Part shown: positions 18,323 through 28,122 of the stretch, one piece after another | Numbering within the stretch: the stretch's first letter is position 1 | Layout: each line of letters begins with the position of its first letter | NCBI GenBank assembly: GCA_038062675.1 | Contig: JBBTWP010000005.1 | Location: 43,844-107,843 of the forward strand | DNA: 64,000 nucleotides | Source: Patescibacteria group bacterium | GTDB taxonomy: Bacteria > Patescibacteriota > Minisyncoccia > Phycocordibacterales > UBA1550 | Reading direction: 5' to 3' | Made by a program: the position numbers and the translations under genes | The notes under the pieces: generated by a model | Seen by the model: the letters and a program-made list of their open reading frames with translations, nothing else | Told to the model about the DNA's origin: nothing | Database searches by the model: none

Positions 18323-19475
18323 TTCTTTTTGTAAGCGCAGTGTACACTTCTACGGTCTTTTTACCAATAGCGACCCAACTTAATTCTTGCTCCGCATATC
18401 GTAAGGCAGCGGACACTCGTTTACTGTCGGGGGTCAAGATACTTTCACTAATAGCATCCGCCAGTTCTTGATATCGCTCATTCTCAAGAGAGAGCGGTGC
18501 GTCGTAATTAGACCCTTCCCACGACACAAGCCGCACAAGTCTCCCCCTTTCTTCATTTTTACCAAGGAGTTCTGGAAGTCCTCCAACTCTACTTGCCACA
18601 ATACTCTTCCCCATCCCCATGGCCTCTGCGCACGCAATACTCGATGACTCCGCAGTCGATGGGAACACTACTGTATCAGCAAGCTTAAGATATGCAGGAA
18701 TTTTATCATTCTCGACTGACCCAAGTACATCAACGTACTCATGAATACCGAGGTCATTAATCCGACTTTCAATATATTCCCTCATTCTACCGTCTCCGAT
18801 CATAATATATTTTAAACTTGGAACCTTTTTCACAATAAAAGGAATTGCTTCCACTAAAAAATGAATTCCATTTTTGGGAACAAGGCGACGCACCGTAACA
18901 ACAACACGAGTATTCTCATATTGTCGTTTCAAGCTGACTGGTATTTCAACTTTTCTATTAAACATTTCTGTATTGTATCCATTCAAAACAATACTAATTT
19001 TTTTATTAGGGACATATTTTCGTGCAACCTGAGCAAGATCATCCGAAGTAGAAATAATATGCGTTGAAAAAACGAGAGATATGTATCGATACAATGAATG
19101 GGCGCTGCGATAAACAAATTCAGCGTTGGGAATATCAAGCGTACCAAGCCCGTGCAATACTACTACGACAGGAATATTGCGTAATCTCCCGACAATACTT
19201 GCAATGGCAGCAAGGCGATAAGAATAATGACAATGAATTATATCTACTCCTTTTGATTCACGCCAAAGTAACCCGAAGAGTGACGGGATTCCACTTCTAC
19301 TCCACGGGATTCTGACCACAGGGTGATTGTTTTCAAAATCGCTTGTCTTGATTTCGTTTGTTACTAAAGTAATCTTATGCCCACCTTTCTCAAGCTCTTC
19401 AATTAAATTTTTAACATGAATTTCCGCTCCGCCGATCAGAGGGAGGAATGTGTCGCTGGTCATCAATATTTTCAT
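18312..19475 (-). CDS. Glycosyltransferase family 4
   Basis: GGAE, RRLVPKNG and E-x7-E (ESSSIACAE) motifs. Confidence 0.92.
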   Translation of the reverse strand: MKILMTSDTFLPLIGGAEIHVKNLIEELEKGGHKITLVTNEIKTSDFENNHPVVRIPWSRSGIPSLFGLLWRESKGVDIIHCHYSYRLAAIASIVGRLRNIPVVVVLHGLGTLDIPNAEFVYRSAHSLYRYISLVFSTHIISTSDDLAQVARKYVPNKKISIVLNGYNTEMFNRKVEIPVSLKRQYENTRVVVTVRRLVPKNGIHFLVEAIPFIVKKVPSLKYIMIGDGRMREYIESRINDLGIHEYVDVLGSVENDKIPAYLKLADTVVFPSTAESSSIACAEAMGMGKSIVASRVGGLPELLGKNEERGRLVRLVSWEGSNYDAPLSLENERYQELADAISESILTPDSKRVSAALRYAEQELSWVAIGKKTVEVYTALTKRNAK

Positions 19476-20575
19476 ATATGTTTCAAAATAATATCAAGCA
19501 TTTTTTGAGAAGCGTCCCCTTTTCCAAAAGGTGACCCCCATTTTATTGAGTGTTCATTGTCCATTATTTCCTGGACACACTTCAAAATGCGTTTTTGAGA
19601 AACACCAGCGATACGATTTCCTCCCCCTACAAGTGTTTCGGGTCGCTCTGTATTATCACGCAAGGTTACGCAGGGAACCCTTAGAATCGATGCCTCCTCT
19701 TGTAGTCCCCCTGAATCCGTGAGAACTATTCGAGCATTACTGCTCAATTGAAGAAAATCAAGATACCCAACAGGCTCAATAAACTTAATTGCATTATCAA
19801 CATGAAGTCCGAAATATTTGATCATCTTGCTTGCGCGGGGATGTATCGGGAAAATAACAGGCATACTATATTTCTGAGTAATAAGCATGAGTCCGTTGAG
19901 GACGGACTGGAATCGCGCTTTGTCATCAACATTTTCCTGACGATGCGCAGTCACTAAAAAATATCCCTTTGGGGATAATTCCATTTTTTTCAAGATGCGA
20001 GAAGCTCTGGCGGTTTTCGTGTTTTGCATCACTGCATCAACAACAGTATTTCCCACAAGAAATATTTTTTTAGTGCTGATGTTTTCTTTTATTAAATTAT
20101 TTTTTGAGTCTTTTGTTGGAGTGAACAAAAAATCGGAGATATGATCAACCATCACCCGATTTAACTCCTCAGGCATTTGGCGATCATAAGATCGTAACCC
20201 CGCCTCAATATGCCCAACTGGGATATGGAGCTTCACCGCAGCTAGTGCGCCCGCTAAAACAGTATTTGTATCCCCTTGAACAAGAACGATGCTTGGTTTT
20301 TCTTTTACCAAGATTTCTTCTATCTCGATAAGCATTTTCCCCGTTTGTCCACCATGGGACCCTGAACCAGTCTGTAAGTTGTATTTTGCGGATGGCAAAT
20401 TCAGGTCTTTAAAAAAAACTTTATCAAGATTCTCAGAATAGTGTTGGTGGGTATGCAGTACAAAAAATGGCACTTTTCGCTTGATGCATTCGTGAATAAC
20501 GGGTGCCATTTTGACTATTTCGGGTCGAGTCCCAAAGACAAAACAAATCTGTTTATTTTTAGTATTTTTCATCAT
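19472..20575 (-). CDS. wecB: UDP-N-acetylglucosamine 2-epimerase (non-hydrolysing)
   Basis: GTRPE, QGDT, HIEAGLRS, PEE, DSGGLQEE and ERPE motifs. Confidence 0.95.
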   Translation of the reverse strand: MMKNTKNKQICFVFGTRPEIVKMAPVIHECIKRKVPFFVLHTHQHYSENLDKVFFKDLNLPSAKYNLQTGSGSHGGQTGKMLIEIEEILVKEKPSIVLVQGDTNTVLAGALAAVKLHIPVGHIEAGLRSYDRQMPEELNRVMVDHISDFLFTPTKDSKNNLIKENISTKKIFLVGNTVVDAVMQNTKTARASRILKKMELSPKGYFLVTAHRQENVDDKARFQSVLNGLMLITQKYSMPVIFPIHPRASKMIKYFGLHVDNAIKFIEPVGYLDFLQLSSNARIVLTDSGGLQEEASILRVPCVTLRDNTERPETLVGGGNRIAGVSQKRILKCVQEIMDNEHSIKWGSPFGKGDASQKMLDIILKHI

Positions 20576-21717
20576 ATCCCAATAAATGATAGTATCGTAG
20601 CGGCTCGTCTGTCCCATGTATATCTCTGCACATCTTTGCATGCTTGTTCTGCAATACTAGCCGAAAAGTCTTTATTTTTCAAGAGAGACAGTATACCGTT
20701 CAACAGACCATCAATATCTTCATTCTTGACAACAAGAGCGTTGCTTTCATTTAATATTTCTCTCACCGACGGCAGGTCTGAAGTAATAATCGGCACACCG
20801 CTCGCCATATACTCAAAAAGCTTAAGTGGTGACATGTAAAGTGCATAGTGTGGCATATTAGGATAGTTCATCACAAGTACGTCAGACGCTTTCATATACA
20901 TGAATGCTTCTTTCTGGGGAATATGTGTAACGATTTTATAATATTCCTCATCTACTCCTGCTCGCTGAAATACTTTTTTCACCTCCTCGACTTCATTCTC
21001 ATTTATCCCGACGAGAAGCAAGAACGCTTTTGGTAAAGCAGGTAAAACTTTTGAAAAACTAACGATGAGGTCATCGACCCCTTTTGGCTCGCCCATAGTT
21101 TTGTACTTACCAATATAGCCGATAATTTTTTTATCCCAAGGCAAACCTAAACGTCCCCTCAATTCTACTTGATTTTCCCCCATATTGAACTGCTTGATAT
21201 CCACCCCATCCGGCGCAACAAGTATCTTTCCTTTATTTACATCTTTTGTGACGTAAAAATCTTTGAGCCCTTGTGTGATTGAGATAATACCAAGCGCGGT
21301 CTGCAATACGCGAGCAGCAAAGAAATTTTCTTTTTTAGTGTGCGTTTCCCAAAAAATATTCTTTTTGAAGAAACCGATAAGGAACAGCGTCAATTCGTCG
21401 CGGGAATAGATTACTTGGGCATTTTTCGACAAAAGTGTGTAAAAAAATGCAAAAAAAGCAAATGAGGATGTTTGTATCCAGAAGCCGATTCTCCCTAGCA
21501 TAATGAGGTCAAGTGATGGAATTTTAGTAATTGTGAATTTTTTCTCCACCCCATAGTAAACAAAGGGGTCTTCCTTTATTTTGTTGAAGCGCCACGGAAC
21601 AACGAGCTCAACGGTTGCCCCAGCCGTGTTCGCGAAAGCTTCACACATCTTCATAATCTGGATACCGTGTGCTTTTTCTGTGGGCAATCGTATATTTGCG
21701 AGATAAATTAATTTCAT
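20572..21717 (-). CDS. Glycosyltransferase family 4
   Basis: PTEKAHGIQI and SPLKLFEYMASGVP motifs. Confidence 0.92.
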   Translation of the reverse strand: MKLIYLANIRLPTEKAHGIQIMKMCEAFANTAGATVELVVPWRFNKIKEDPFVYYGVEKKFTITKIPSLDLIMLGRIGFWIQTSSFAFFAFFYTLLSKNAQVIYSRDELTLFLIGFFKKNIFWETHTKKENFFAARVLQTALGIISITQGLKDFYVTKDVNKGKILVAPDGVDIKQFNMGENQVELRGRLGLPWDKKIIGYIGKYKTMGEPKGVDDLIVSFSKVLPALPKAFLLLVGINENEVEEVKKVFQRAGVDEEYYKIVTHIPQKEAFMYMKASDVLVMNYPNMPHYALYMSPLKLFEYMASGVPIITSDLPSVREILNESNALVVKNEDIDGLLNGILSLLKNKDFSASIAEQACKDVQRYTWDRRAATILSFIGI

Positions 21718-21718
21718 C

Positions 21719-22516
21719 TTATTTTTTGACCTTTACCAGAGAAATGAAGGCTTCTTTTATCAGCCAAATATGATAACAAGCATTATACCATTCATACAAA
21801 AACGGCATCCTCTTCCCTGATCCTCTCATAAATGTTAGCGCGTATTTGATTAAGTACTTCACAAAAATCAAAGAATTACTAAGAAAAAGACCTGAGAACG
21901 TCTTGGGTGTGACCTTCATGGTGTGAATTTGCATTTGGGCGTAGTTGTACCATTTTTTCTTTAGGGTACTGATATCACCCATAGGAACATACTCCGGGTT
22001 TTTCAATATTCCTATTTCGTATCCTTCTTTTACACTGATTCTTTCGTGAATTTTTTTTATGAAACCAAAAGTTGCCGGAATATAGAAAAAACGTAGTTGG
22101 TAATTAGGATACATAGAGGAACGCTCAACAACCTCGCCGTTTACCACATATTTTCTTGGTAATTTATACGCGTAGTGGATGTTATTTTGTTCTTGATTCA
22201 CAATCTCACGCATCTCAGCTACCGCCTCAGGAGAGAGGTATTCATCGCTGTCGATAAAAAGAAACCACGGGTATCTCGCCTGCTTGACCCCCTTGTTGCG
22301 AACTGCTGAGAAATCGTTAATCTTCACCTCTTTTTCTCGTGCATCAGTTTGAGGGATAACGCAGGCACCGTATTTTTCTGCAAGCGCAACCGTCCCGTCA
22401 GTGCTACCGCCGTCAAGAATAATTATATCTTCAAAATCGCGTACACTTTCGAGACAACGCTTTAATGTCTTTTCAGAGTTTAGGGTCAAAATTTCTACAC
22501 TGCAAGGTATTTTCAT
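21719..22516 (-). CDS. Glycosyltransferase family 2
   Basis: LDGGSTD, DFSAVRN, IDSDE and IHE motifs. Confidence 0.9.
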   Translation of the reverse strand: MKIPCSVEILTLNSEKTLKRCLESVRDFEDIIILDGGSTDGTVALAEKYGACVIPQTDAREKEVKINDFSAVRNKGVKQARYPWFLFIDSDEYLSPEAVAEMREIVNQEQNNIHYAYKLPRKYVVNGEVVERSSMYPNYQLRFFYIPATFGFIKKIHERISVKEGYEIGILKNPEYVPMGDISTLKKKWYNYAQMQIHTMKVTPKTFSGLFLSNSLIFVKYLIKYALTFMRGSGKRMPFLYEWYNACYHIWLIKEAFISLVKVKK

Positions 22517-22521
22517 AAAAA

Positions 22522-24399
22522 TTATTCCATAAAACGCTTATACCAAATTTGAAAAGTAAAAATTGACCACAGGGTGTTTAGAGCGTACTTTTGTCCTGAT
22601 TGATGATCTTTTAAAATTTTTTGAATTGCATTAAAGTCAAACATATCTTTCGTGCCCACACAATAAGAAGGGGACAAGACTTCTTCAAAATAACCCTTCA
22701 AGTCTCCTCGTATCCATTTCGCTGCAGGGGAAAACCACCCCCATTTTGGCTGATCTAGAACAAAGTCTGGCAAATATGCCGACATCGCCCTTTTGAGGAT
22801 ATCCTTTCCTTTATATCCAGTGCCTGCTTTTCCTATATGGATTCCTTTTCCTCCTATTTTGTATTCTAAAGGGATGCGGTCCGCCAATTCCACCAAACGA
22901 TGATCCAAAAAAGGAACGCGTTGCTCAAGCCCTGAGGCCATAGACATTTTGTCGGACCTCACGAGTGATTCGCTTGGCAACCACGAAAGCAGGTCAGTTC
23001 GCATAAACTGCCTCGTGAAATTCTTTTTATCTACGGTATTAAAATATAGTTTTTTATACCATTCTGCAGTCGCGGCAGGATTGTTGTATTCACGGCAAAG
23101 AAACAACTCTATCTGATCTTCTTTCTGAGAAAGGAAATTCAAATACCGAGAAACTCCTGGTGGTGTGTTTATTTTTTCATAGAGACTACTTTTGCCCACT
23201 ATATCAAAGATAATTTCTGTTACTATATTTTTTCTTAAAAACTTTGGTATTTTTTGGAAACGATCTATTAAATAATTATAATAATAGCGTTCATACCCCC
23301 CGAATAATTCATCTCCCCCATCCCCACCCAACACAACCGCTACCTGTTTTGAAGCTTCACGTGCAAGCAAAAGATTTACTGCCTGTACATGGTTTGAGAT
23401 TGGCTCATCCATGTGGTATATGGAGTCCTCCAGACTATTTTTAATATCTTTCGGCGAAAGAATATATTCGTTGTGAATTGTTCCAAAATGATGGGCTGTT
23501 TTTCGTGCAACTTTTGCATCATTATTATACTTCTCTGCCTGTGCTGTTTCCTCAAATCCAACGGAGAATGTTTTTATATTTTTTGAGAATGAGCTAGCTA
23601 CGCCGGCAATAATTGTTGAATCGATGCCACCAGACAAAAATACTCCTACAGGACGATCGGAGACCAACTGCATCTTGATTGAGTCAGTAAGTAAATTTGA
23701 GATTTCAGACTCTAAATATTCCCTGTCATAAATGAGTGGTTTCTCCTCCATCTCCCAATATCGCTTAATTTCCATTTTTCCTCTTTCAACAACAGCGTAA
23801 TGCCCTGGCTCAAGTTTGTAAACATTTTCCCAAATAGTAAGAGGGGCAGGAACGTATAAAAGGCGAAAGTAAATATTTAATGCATCTTTATTTATAGTTT
23901 TATCTATCTTGTGCTTAAAAATAGCTTTTGCTTCTGAAGAAAAGATAAATACTCCCTCCTTATGGTAATAATAAAGTGGTTTTATGCCTACTCTGTCGCG
24001 CGCCAAAAATAACCGGCCTGTTTGATTGTCCAATATAGCAAAAGCAAACATCCCATTGAATTTCTCAAGGCAATCACTCCCCCATTCTTCGTATGCACAC
24101 AAAATTACTTCTGTATCAGTATCTGACACAAAGACATACCCTTTCGCAATAAGTTCTTTTCTTATATCTAAAAAATTATAGATTTCTCCATTATAAACAA
24201 TGGTATATCGCTTATCCTTGCCATGCATTGGTTGATGACCAGCTTGGCTTAAGTCAATAATCGACAAACGATTATGGCCGAGGGAGTAATTTGCAGACAA
24301 AAACACGCCCGCATCGTCCGGACCACGATGCTTCGTTGTTTCATTCATTTCGTGAATCAAGCCCTTATCTATGAAATTGAATCCGTTTATGCCACACAT
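22522..24399 (-). CDS. asnB: Asparagine synthase-family glutamine amidotransferase (probable glycan amidation)
   Basis: N-terminal MCGI, then HRGPD, NGEIYN, LSGGIDS, GDGGDE and RVPFLD motifs. Confidence 0.95.
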   Translation of the reverse strand: MCGINGFNFIDKGLIHEMNETTKHRGPDDAGVFLSANYSLGHNRLSIIDLSQAGHQPMHGKDKRYTIVYNGEIYNFLDIRKELIAKGYVFVSDTDTEVILCAYEEWGSDCLEKFNGMFAFAILDNQTGRLFLARDRVGIKPLYYYHKEGVFIFSSEAKAIFKHKIDKTINKDALNIYFRLLYVPAPLTIWENVYKLEPGHYAVVERGKMEIKRYWEMEEKPLIYDREYLESEISNLLTDSIKMQLVSDRPVGVFLSGGIDSTIIAGVASSFSKNIKTFSVGFEETAQAEKYNNDAKVARKTAHHFGTIHNEYILSPKDIKNSLEDSIYHMDEPISNHVQAVNLLLAREASKQVAVVLGGDGGDELFGGYERYYYNYLIDRFQKIPKFLRKNIVTEIIFDIVGKSSLYEKINTPPGVSRYLNFLSQKEDQIELFLCREYNNPAATAEWYKKLYFNTVDKKNFTRQFMRTDLLSWLPSESLVRSDKMSMASGLEQRVPFLDHRLVELADRIPLEYKIGGKGIHIGKAGTGYKGKDILKRAMSAYLPDFVLDQPKWGWFSPAAKWIRGDLKGYFEEVLSPSYCVGTKDMFDFNAIQKILKDHQSGQKYALNTLWSIFTFQIWYKRFME

Positions 24400-24423
24400 G
24401 ATTGCTTTGTATTATACAATGAG

Positions 24424-25176
24424 TTAATCATTATCCCCAAAACTTGGTTTAGAAAAAATATCGTCCAGACTTGCCTTTCGTGCAACTACACCTATTTGCT
24501 GCCCAGATTGAGGAAAAATCTTCATAAAGAGCTTGGCAAATATATTTCTGGTTTTCCCAACATAAGCAATATTCTCTATTTTGAATCCGTGCATATTGAG
24601 AATTTGCCGAAGCATTGCCGGTCCAAAAAATATTTTATGCTGTGGTTGAGTAAGCAACCTTTTTTCAGTATTACGCAACACCAAAAAATTGTCTTTTGTT
24701 TCATTGTAGGTTAATTCTGACACATCACCTAACGAATCTTTTTTTCTAAAATAAATACGAAATACATTGATATAGCTAAAAACATTAGGGGTATCTATAA
24801 TCAGCTGTCCATCATCCTTAAGTATGCGCGCGCACTCCGAAATAATTTCTCCTGGCCTCCACGAGTGTTCAATAATTTCTCCGGCATAAATACAATCAAA
24901 CATCTTGTCTGGCACAACTCCCGAAAGATTGTGCAGATCTCCGATGTATTGATTCTTAATACCAAGCTTTTCCGCCAGATTCTTGTTAACATCAAGCCCA
25001 AAATATTCACCGCCATTGGATTCAACCATTTTTTCTAAATCAATATTTTTTTCGCCATCGCCCAAATTGCCAACATCTAATAGTTTCACTTTCTTCCCAT
25101 TCAAAAAATGAGCGACGTACTCCGTCCTAGACGGAAAAAATAGTGCTTCTTTTATACTAAAAAAAATATTTCTCAT
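24424..25176 (-). CDS. SAM-dependent methyltransferase
   Basis: LLDVG, FDCIYAGEIIEH and TPN motifs. Confidence 0.8.
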   Translation of the reverse strand: MRNIFFSIKEALFFPSRTEYVAHFLNGKKVKLLDVGNLGDGEKNIDLEKMVESNGGEYFGLDVNKNLAEKLGIKNQYIGDLHNLSGVVPDKMFDCIYAGEIIEHSWRPGEIISECARILKDDGQLIIDTPNVFSYINVFRIYFRKKDSLGDVSELTYNETKDNFLVLRNTEKRLLTQPQHKIFFGPAMLRQILNMHGFKIENIAYVGKTRNIFAKLFMKIFPQSGQQIGVVARKASLDDIFSKPSFGDND

Positions 25177-25190
25177 ACAGTAAATTATTA

Positions 25191-26246
25191 TTATTTAAAC
25201 CTAGTTAATATCTCCACAATTCTCTTAGCTGTTTTACCGTCCCATAAAGGTATCGCTGTTTTTTGTTGACCTATGCGACGCTTCTTATAAGCCTTAAGGA
25301 TGTCTGCCTTCCGCGTGCCAGCAACAATATTTGTGCCGCAAGTCACCGTAATTGGCCTTTCTGTCTCATCGCGCAGTGTTATGCATGGGGTTCCCAGAAA
25401 ACTTGATTCCTCTTGCACTCCACCAGAGTCTGTAAGAACAAGCTTTGCATTTTTTTGATAAAAAAGAGATTCCTTATAGGAAAGTGGCGGGAGTAAGGAA
25501 AAAATCTTTTTCATTCTTTCGGTTAACTTAAACTTCTTTGCCATTTTTTCTGTTCGCGGATGAAGGGGTAAGTAGACCTTGTTGTTCTGCGCGATAATTT
25601 CAAGCGCATCGAGTATCCCACTGAACCTTTCTTTGTCATCCACGTTTTCCGCTCGGTGAAGCGTGCAGAAATAAAATTCTTCATTTGTTTTTTTCACTTC
25701 AGGCAAAAACATTTTAAGAGTATCAATCATGATGTTGCCAACAAAATAAACAGCACCATTTATTTTTTCTTTCTTTAAATTTTCTATTCCATTTTCTTCA
25801 GTAACAAAAAGCACATCAGATATCTGGTCAACAATAATCCGATTGATTTCCTCTGGCATTGTTCGGTTAAATGAACGTAGCCCTGCCTCTATGTGTGCAA
25901 GGGGAATCCCCATTTTGTTTGCCACAATCGCCCCAGCAAGTGTTGAATTAACATCACCCACCACTGCAACAAAAGAAGGTTTTTCTTTTTCAAAAATCTT
26001 ACCGAGCTCTGCTACGATTGCCGAAAATTGCGCTATCGCAGATGTGCGGGGAGGGTTAATAGTATAATGTGGCTTAATCCCGAATTCCCTTAGCAAATCT
26101 TCTGACATCTCTGTAGTGAAATGTTGCCCAGTATTTATAAGTGAATGCTTAATGTTTAATCTTTTTAATTCATGACAAAGAGGCGCAACTTTCATAAAAT
26201 TTGGTCTTGCGCCCGCTATTATCATAATGTTGTCTTTATTTTTCAT
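25191..26246 (-). CDS. wecB: Second UDP-N-acetylglucosamine 2-epimerase (GARPN type)
   Basis: GARPNFMK, GDVNST, HIEAGLRS and DSGGVQEE motifs. Confidence 0.93.
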   Translation of the reverse strand: MKNKDNIMIIAGARPNFMKVAPLCHELKRLNIKHSLINTGQHFTTEMSEDLLREFGIKPHYTINPPRTSAIAQFSAIVAELGKIFEKEKPSFVAVVGDVNSTLAGAIVANKMGIPLAHIEAGLRSFNRTMPEEINRIIVDQISDVLFVTEENGIENLKKEKINGAVYFVGNIMIDTLKMFLPEVKKTNEEFYFCTLHRAENVDDKERFSGILDALEIIAQNNKVYLPLHPRTEKMAKKFKLTERMKKIFSLLPPLSYKESLFYQKNAKLVLTDSGGVQEESSFLGTPCITLRDETERPITVTCGTNIVAGTRKADILKAYKKRRIGQQKTAIPLWDGKTAKRIVEILTRFK

Positions 26247-26255
26247 GACGGAGCG

Positions 26256-27263
26256 CTAATTATCTTCTGCGATTAATTTGCCTATTTTGCCAACAAGAGA
26301 CTTGAGGCTGTGCCCCTCTTCAACAATATCCCTCAGTTGATTCGCCTTATATCGTGACAATTCTCCAGAAAGGATAAACTTTGCAATATCTTCAGGGTTC
26401 TCACTATTGGGACAAATCGAAAGTCCGATAGCTTTTGAATTTCTTGGGGTAGTAACTGGGTATATACCAAAAATCATACCCTCAAGCATTGTTTTATCTA
26501 TCGTTTCTCGGGCCATGTTAATCATCACTCTATATGATGGGTAAATATTTTTTAGGTTGCCCATAGAAACGGGTCCTTTGAAGATCACTCTTTCCCTAAG
26601 ACCCTCTTTTTTTACCAATGCCTCGAGTTCCGCGTAGTAATCCTTCTCCACATCTCTACCATAGACAGTAAGTGTATATTCCTCGGGGAGATACTTTAAC
26701 GTAAGAATTCCTAGCTCTAATCGTTTAGAGCGACAAATACGGTGAACAGAAACAAGGTCAAAGGGAGATGCATTATTTTCTTTAGGAATACCGTCTTTCC
26801 AAAAATCAATATCTATGCCATGCCCGACTATGGTCTTTTTTGGATTACCTTCGTATTGAGGTAAGCTCTGTGGTGTCGCTGCAAACATTCTCTTACATAA
26901 AATACCAGATATCCACAAATGTATGTGCGTAGTATAATGAGTGTACCAAAGATAGATTGGCTTACGCGAAAGGAACCAATACCAGCCACCAAGAGTGACA
27001 TATTCTGGATTCATGTGCACAAAGACCCTGTCATAGTCAAGAGAAAATATTAATTTTAAAAAAATAAAAATTCTTTTGATTTTTTTAAAGCCTTTTTCCT
27101 TTCCCAAAGAAAATACTGGGAACGAGCCATCAAAATCCCCTTTTTCAAGACATATAACCTTAACTGATGCACCTTGATTAATAAACTCCTTGATCCACAA
27201 AATAACAAAAGCTAAGTCATCGTCGTTCTCGTTGATTTTCTGAGTAATAAAAAGTAGCCGCAT
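26256..27263 (-). CDS. Glycosyltransferase family 4-like
   Basis: MRLLFITQK...VFVHMNPEY...DKTMLE, consistent with a GT-B pattern. Confidence 0.8.
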   Translation of the reverse strand: MRLLFITQKINENDDDLAFVILWIKEFINQGASVKVICLEKGDFDGSFPVFSLGKEKGFKKIKRIFIFLKLIFSLDYDRVFVHMNPEYVTLGGWYWFLSRKPIYLWYTHYTTHIHLWISGILCKRMFAATPQSLPQYEGNPKKTIVGHGIDIDFWKDGIPKENNASPFDLVSVHRICRSKRLELGILTLKYLPEEYTLTVYGRDVEKDYYAELEALVKKEGLRERVIFKGPVSMGNLKNIYPSYRVMINMARETIDKTMLEGMIFGIYPVTTPRNSKAIGLSICPNSENPEDIAKFILSGELSRYKANQLRDIVEEGHSLKSLVGKIGKLIAEDN

Positions 27264-27281
27264 ATAATTATACTAAATGAA

Positions 27282-27542
27282 TTACAAATATTTTACCACA
27301 GCACATACGCTCCTCAAACAGATCGACCTTTTTGAATTTCCGAGCCCACCTCTTTCTTGCGCGAATAATTCCTTACCCAACGAAAACACGCGCACGTTCT
27401 TCGGCAGATCATACTCACCAACCCCAAGTGCAATGACGGTCACCTGCTCTGCGTGCTTCGCAAACTCACGAATCCACCCATGGAAAAATCCGAGGATATC
27501 GTCATTCTGGTCGACTTTTTGGGTGAGGATAAGGAGTTTCAT
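27282..27542 (-). pseudogene. N-terminal fragment of a GT4 homologous to 26256..27263
   Basis: MKLLILTQKVDQNDDILGF..WIREF...VFSLGKE aligns with MRLLFITQKINENDDDLAF..WIKEF...VFSLGKE, then stops at 86 aa. Confidence 0.7.
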
Positions 27543-27545
27543 TTT

Positions 27546-27815
27546 TTATTCAAAAAGGTCGGAATGGGTGCCAGTACGTACAAGTATAATATCATTATCA
27601 TCGTATTTCCAAATCAAAAGCCAATCAAATTCTATGTGGCATTCCCAGCACCCTTCATATTCACCATGTAACTTGTGCGGACGAAACCTATCAGTAAGCC
27701 GTCCATCATTTTCAAGAATAAGCACGACTGCTATCAGTTTTTCAATATCCTTGCCTCTACGTTTTATACGACGGATATCCTTATCAAACTGCGGTTTTGT
27801 AATACTGCGACGCAT
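27546..27815 (-). CDS. yafQ: Type II toxin, YafQ family mRNA interferase
   Basis: HKLHG...ECHIEFDWLLIW...RTGTHSDLF. Confidence 0.92.
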   Translation of the reverse strand: MRRSITKPQFDKDIRRIKRRGKDIEKLIAVVLILENDGRLTDRFRPHKLHGEYEGCWECHIEFDWLLIWKYDDNDIILVRTGTHSDLFE

Positions 27816-27818
27816 ATT

Positions 27819-28085
27819 TTAAAGTGAGCGCATGTGCTTTGCAAAATCCTCAAAAGTGTCAAATGACATTAGATTTTTCTCGGATCGAGCTTCTTCAATC
27901 GCCTTGCGCGTTTCTCTGTTGGGCATACTCAGAGAAAAAGGAATTTCTTTATCATTGGCAATGCGTCGGTAAAATACGTTAATCGCTTCTGAGGGAGATA
28001 TACCGATCTGGGACAATACCATCTCTGCCTTCTTTTTTACTGATGGCTCTATGCGAGCACGAACGAAAGCTGTTTTTGTAGTCAT
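27819..28085 (-). CDS. dinJ: Type II antitoxin, RelB/DinJ family
   Basis: VRARIEPSVKKKAE..L..IGISPSEAI..F...IPF...PNRETRKAIEE. Confidence 0.9.
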   Translation of the reverse strand: MTTKTAFVRARIEPSVKKKAEMVLSQIGISPSEAINVFYRRIANDKEIPFSLSMPNRETRKAIEEARSEKNLMSFDTFEDFAKHMRSL

Positions 28086-28091
28086 ATGTAT

Positions 28092-28119
28092 ATTGTAGCA
28101 CATATGTGCTACAACGCAA
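28092..28119 (-). promoter_or_regulatory. TA promoter with an overlapping operator palindrome
   Basis: TTGCGT, 16-nt spacer, TACAAT. A perfect 22-bp palindrome ttgtagcacatatgtgctacaa (28093-28114) overlaps it. Confidence 0.8.
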
Positions 28120-28122
28120 TAC

